From positions 139,686,001 to 139,750,000 of the forward strand of contig NC_091291.1 in assembly GCF_032444005.1 (NCBI RefSeq): a DNA stretch of 64,000 nucleotides, given 5' to 3'. This DNA comes from Ranitomeya imitator (lineage: Eukaryota). Shown piece after piece: positions 59,835 through 64,000 of this stretch (its first letter is position 1; each line of letters starts with the position of its first letter). The position numbers were made by a program, and so were the translations under genes. The notes beneath the pieces are model-generated. The model was not told the origin of the DNA and searched no databases. It saw nothing but the letters and a program-made list of their open reading frames with translations.

Positions 59835-60063
59835 GGCACGACACGGAGGGACAGCGATGGGGTCATGTTCTGTGCCACTCCATGCCATCTGGCGCCCCCT
59901 GTGTCCAGGGATGGCACGACACGGAGGGACAGCGATGGGGTCATGTTCTGTGCCACCCCAGGCAATCTGGTGCCCCCTGTGTCCAGGGATGGCACGACAC
60001 GGAGGGACAGCGATGGGGTCATGTTCTGTGCCACCCCATGCCATCTGGCGCCCCCTGTGTCCA
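59835..60063 (+). repeat. 78-bp tandem repeat, 3 copies
   Basis: GGCACGACACGGAGGG starts at 59835, 59913 and 59991. Confidence 0.92.
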
Positions 60064-61049
60064 CATCTTGTATCACTTAGAAGGCTCAGAACCTTTATGC
60101 ACCAGAGCCATAGTGTGCCCCGTATGCGGGATGCCATCCTCACCACGAGCAGCAGTACCTCATTATAGCAGCATACGGGGCCTTACAACTGTCCGGACGA
60201 CGTCTGCTACATCTCTGATCTCGCCATTTGGACTTAGTATCAGAAAGTTACAACTGGATTAATGGACACTTGTATGTACATTTCAAGAAGGCTCCACATT
60301 ATTGCTCCATCTGCATCTGTTCCTTTGTTTTCAAGACCTCTGCTTGCTGTCATTGAATAGGAACCTTCATTATTTACCTACATTGGCTATAAACCTGTCC
60401 TAGTAATGTGATGGGCACACATGGGGCACGGCCCGTTACCGGGTATGGGGCTGATGCACCTTGATGACCCGTGCACCTGTGTGCCCACCCATCACATGAC
60501 CAGGACAGATTTATATTTGCCTCATGAAAACAATAAAAGCTTCTATTGAATGACAGCAAGCAGAGATCTTGAAAACTAGAATAAGAACAGAAAGTATATT
60601 GAGATAAGACTCCCAATGGGGGAACAGATGAGTGCAAATGCCCAAATATTGGGCAGGGCAGGATAAGGATAAGACTGGAATAAGCTGAAAAACATGAGCA
60701 ACTGCACACCTTCTAATGCAGAATCTTCTGGATATTGTATAGAGGCAGCTGCATAAGGGCCGCCAGTGCGAGGGGGCGCACTGCCATAACATCAGCTTCC
60801 ATGAGATTACATGTAAGGGCCTGTGCTGATGACCTTCATGGCTCTCAGTTAATGCTGTAGTATGATGGGTGATCAGAGAGTAAGGGCCCCAGATGCGGTT
60901 CTTGCACAGGGGTCCTCAGTGTCTTCACACAGTCATGAATCAGAATTGAAGTATTGGGTTGAGTAGCTACAAGCGTGCGACAACCAATCTTTGCAGGGGG
61001 AGGACTTCAGTCACTTGTGGTCACGTTCTGAATGACTGTGACAAAATGA

Positions 61050-61187
61050 TAGAACGCAATGATCGGTGTGAAAAAGCGAAGCTGCTCTCTGACATGACAC
61101 CTGCAGTGTGAGCAGCACAGCACAAGGCTCCGCAGTGTAGACGTAGAGCAGCACAAGGCTCCGCAGCGTAGACCTGGACCGCACAGG
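61050..61187 (+). other. Candidate non-coding first exon of the downstream leader-exon gene (start approximate)
   Basis: Strong donor AGG|GTAAGT at 61188, about 800 nt upstream of the acceptor at 61993. Confidence 0.45.
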
Positions 61188-61812
61188 GTAAGTACAAAGC
61201 TTCTGCGCTCAGGCTTACTGACGTATACACAGGTGGAGCAGACTTTAGTGCCCAGGGCTTATTACAGACCTGGCATTAATCCCTAGGATGGGGTGACAAG
61301 TGCAGTTTTTGTGCATTTTTTGAGCCAAAGCCAGAAGTGGATCCAGCAGGAAATAAATGTACCCATTTTTCCTTTACACTTCCTCTTCCAGGATTTGGTT
61401 CCAAAAACTTCTAACGCTTTTCCAATCCAAGGCCGGGTGACACAGGGTTAATTATTCTTCCTTTTATTCTGTCCTAGTGTGACACAATATATCACTGGTA
61501 AATTATCAGTAGAGACAGCGGAGGGTTAAACTGCCTGGAATGTTCAGAGTTAGGATGTTGTGATTATGTGGATACTTTCTGACACTTTGATAAATAAATG
61601 TTGGTCAGAATATAATTAACCCCTTAGCTCATTCACAAGCGATGAGAAAGCGACATGACAGCGGCAGTGATACTGATCGGTGGACATCAATCATGGACGG
61701 CAGTTTTTACATATTTCCCCTTGTAATTAATGTTGCTAGTTTGGGGTGAGATGTAATTTGATGTAGCGGGGGCACCACCAGCAGGGTACACCAGAGGTGC
61801 CCGGAGCACGGG

Positions 61813-61815
<3 letters not shown>

Positions 61816-61859
<44 letters not shown>
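61816..61859. repeat. (TA)n microsatellite
   Basis: Pure AT dinucleotide run. Confidence 0.95.
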
Positions 61860-61862
<3 letters not shown>

Positions 61863-62000
61863 TGTACATATTATAATAGTATATATACTGTGTACTTTAT
61901 GGCCACGGATGAGCTGTATATGGCCGCCTGCATGCCATGGTCACATTTATCTTTTCTTATACTCATTTTCCTCTTTCTTCTGCTCTTCTGTAGGGACACC

Positions 62001-62054
62001 ATGTTCTTCGCTCAAGAAATTTCCGTCCTCATCCTGATCACAGGGATCTGTCAG
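62001..62054 (+). CDS. Signal-peptide exon of a downstream gene, probably a TNF receptor superfamily member (TNFRSF8/TNFRSF1B-like)
   Basis: About 45-nt pyrimidine tract plus TAG ending 61993, Kozak ACC-ATG, MFFAQEISVLILITGICQ, phase-0 donor CAG|GTAAAG. Family identity is inferred only from human synteny (MIIP-TNFRSF8-TNFRSF1B) and leader-exon architecture. Confidence 0.55.
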
Positions 62055-62867
62055 GTAAAGCTTTATTATATTCACAAGTCTTCTCTGGGGCTGGGGGTGT
62101 ATTTTTCACTTTTTATTAGAGGGGGTTGAAGACTCGTCATGAACAGACTTTCCACTTGATGTACGATAAGCGTGGAGGCGTCCTACTTTATAATGGTGCA
62201 GGAAAAATAGAACAGTTCATATAGATAGATAGATATACACAGTCTATCTATCTACAATATATATTTATATATATATATATATATACACGTAGTTCACCTC
62301 CACCTATTTTACCTTTCTATATGGGAATTATAAATCTTACTTGATATTCTTCAGTGTTATATCATGCGCCTCATCATCGTGCTGTAAGGGCATGCTGGTA
62401 GTTGTAGTTGTTCTTATCTTTCGTGCCCATGTGGCAAGTATTATTCTAAAATTGCATCATTTTTGTCCTTGGAAAACAGTTATACTTCTGAATATTAGGA
62501 GCCATCATATATATGTATTTGTTTTCGTAACATTGACTCACATGTGATATTTCCATGGGGACGTGTCACTCGTGTTCTCTGCATCTTTGACTTCTATTAA
62601 GGATATAATCATGATTGTATGGTCTATGATGGAGCGTATGGACCCTGCACCAGTCGGATCCATGTAAAGGAGTTTTAATATCAATGGCCGATCATTAGGC
62701 GGGATCATCAGTATCAGATCATTCACTTGTCTCAGACAGAACTGCAGTACCACTCATGGCCACGACACAGTAATCGGCGCTGTGCAATTTCCAGTGTCCC
62801 TAGACTCTCCTATAATGAAGCCCAGGGGACGTATTTATAAGGGATCATTTCACTGTAATTATTGGAG

Positions 62868-64000
62868 GCAGTAGCAGAGCTACCAGGGGGGCAGAGGGTG
62901 CGTGCCCGGAGCTCAGAGGGGACCACCCGGAGCTATGCTACTGTAACTGTATCGGCGTGCGCAGTCTGGCATCATCATATGCAACCTGTGAGTGCTGCAC
63001 CTTCAGAGCAAGCTGGGACTTGTAGTTCTGCAAAAGATGGTACCAGACCAGGACAGCAAACAGTAAAGGCTGCACAGTAAAGGGTGCAGAGGATGCCATC
63101 ACAATGATGCACCATAGCAATCACTGGCACCGATGCCACATCTGCATCCCGGAGCCCCCCACTCTCCTGTCCCAGGGTCCGGTGCTATTAATATCCTCTT
63201 GCACAGCTGGAATACCCATCCCTGACTAACGAGGGGCGAGACCAGCAGAACAAAAGCTTACCAAAGCAGTAGCGTAGCTACTGGGGGGCAGAGGGTGCGG
63301 GAGCTCAGAGGGGGCCCACCCGGAGCTACCCTACTGTAACTGTATCGGTGTGCGCAGCACGCCGATACAGTTACATTCTGTGGCAGAGCAGGGAGAATCG
63401 GTCTCCCTGCTCTGCTGCCCGGCCGCTGTGGGGCCCCTGAGCAGGCGGGGGAGCCCGGTGCCAGCAGTGGGCCCCCACCCATCACTGCAAGGTCAGCTCT
63501 ATCAGCATTTAGCCGATACAGCTGACAGCATTGATGAGGGAAGGAGCGAGCAGCACTCCTTCTCCCATCACCCCCCTGTCAGTGTCTGACATTACTGATG
63601 CTGACAGTGGGCGCGATGATGTCACCACCCGGCGCCCGCTGTCAGAAAATGAGCAGGAGCTCGGAGCACCGCTGGAAGGAGGAAGAGAGGTGAGTATTTA
63701 TTTATTGTTTTTTTTATGGGGCCTGCCTTATACTACAGGGTCTGCCTATGGGGTACTGTCTTATACTACAGGGTCTGCCTATCGGGTGCTGCCTTATACT
63801 ACAGGGTCTGCCTATGGGGGTACTGTCTTATACTACAGGGTCTGCCTATGGGGGTGCTGCCTTATACTACAGGGTCTGTCTATCGGGTGCTGCCTTATAC
63901 TACAGGGTCTACCTATGGGGATGCTGTCTTGTACAACACGGTCTGCCTATAGGGGTACTGTCTTATACTACAGGGTCTGCCTATGGGGTGCTGCCTTATA
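62868..64000 (+). mobile_element. Composite non-autonomous element with a duplicated head of about 95 bp and a terminal 33-34-bp tandem array (63716-64000)
   Basis: Head CAGTAGC(A/GT)AGCTAC..GGGGGCAGAGGG at about 62868 and 63267 flanks the dispersed 290-bp repeat. Array unit CAGGGTCTGCCTATGGGGGTGCTGCCTTATACTA. Confidence 0.5.

Overview
Vertebrate genomic DNA, inferred to be from a frog (anuran). The basis is the intron-containing genes, the L2/Tc1/Harbinger-MITE/Kolobok-MITE repeat set and the dense GC-rich minisatellites. Two complete + strand genes were reconstructed exon by exon. Mitofusin-2 (MFN2) has 17 coding exons at 28089-37639 and encodes 755 aa. MIIP has 9 coding exons at 46501-52762 and encodes 398 aa. 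A probable signal-peptide exon at 62001-62054 follows, and synteny suggests a TNF-receptor gene (TNFRSF8/TNFRSF1B-like). About one third of the window (roughly 21 kb by my boundary estimates) is tandem repeat, and nearly all long ORFs in the supplied track are artefacts of these repeats. Main observations: (1) a minimal type I hammerhead ribozyme of the Penelope-element kind on the minus strand about 0.9 kb upstream of the MFN2 promoter; (2) a 66-bp minisatellite that has copied an MFN2 exon end plus its splice donor 15 extra times; (3) an unrecognised spliced transcription unit from a CpG promoter at about 7 kb, with an architectural twin at 56-59 kb; (4) the MIIP promoter sandwiched between inverted arrays of an 86-bp satellite; (5) a multi-level nest of transposons at 12-21 kb. 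No prokaryotic features or CRISPR arrays are present. All calls were made by eye, and repeat boundaries are approximate.
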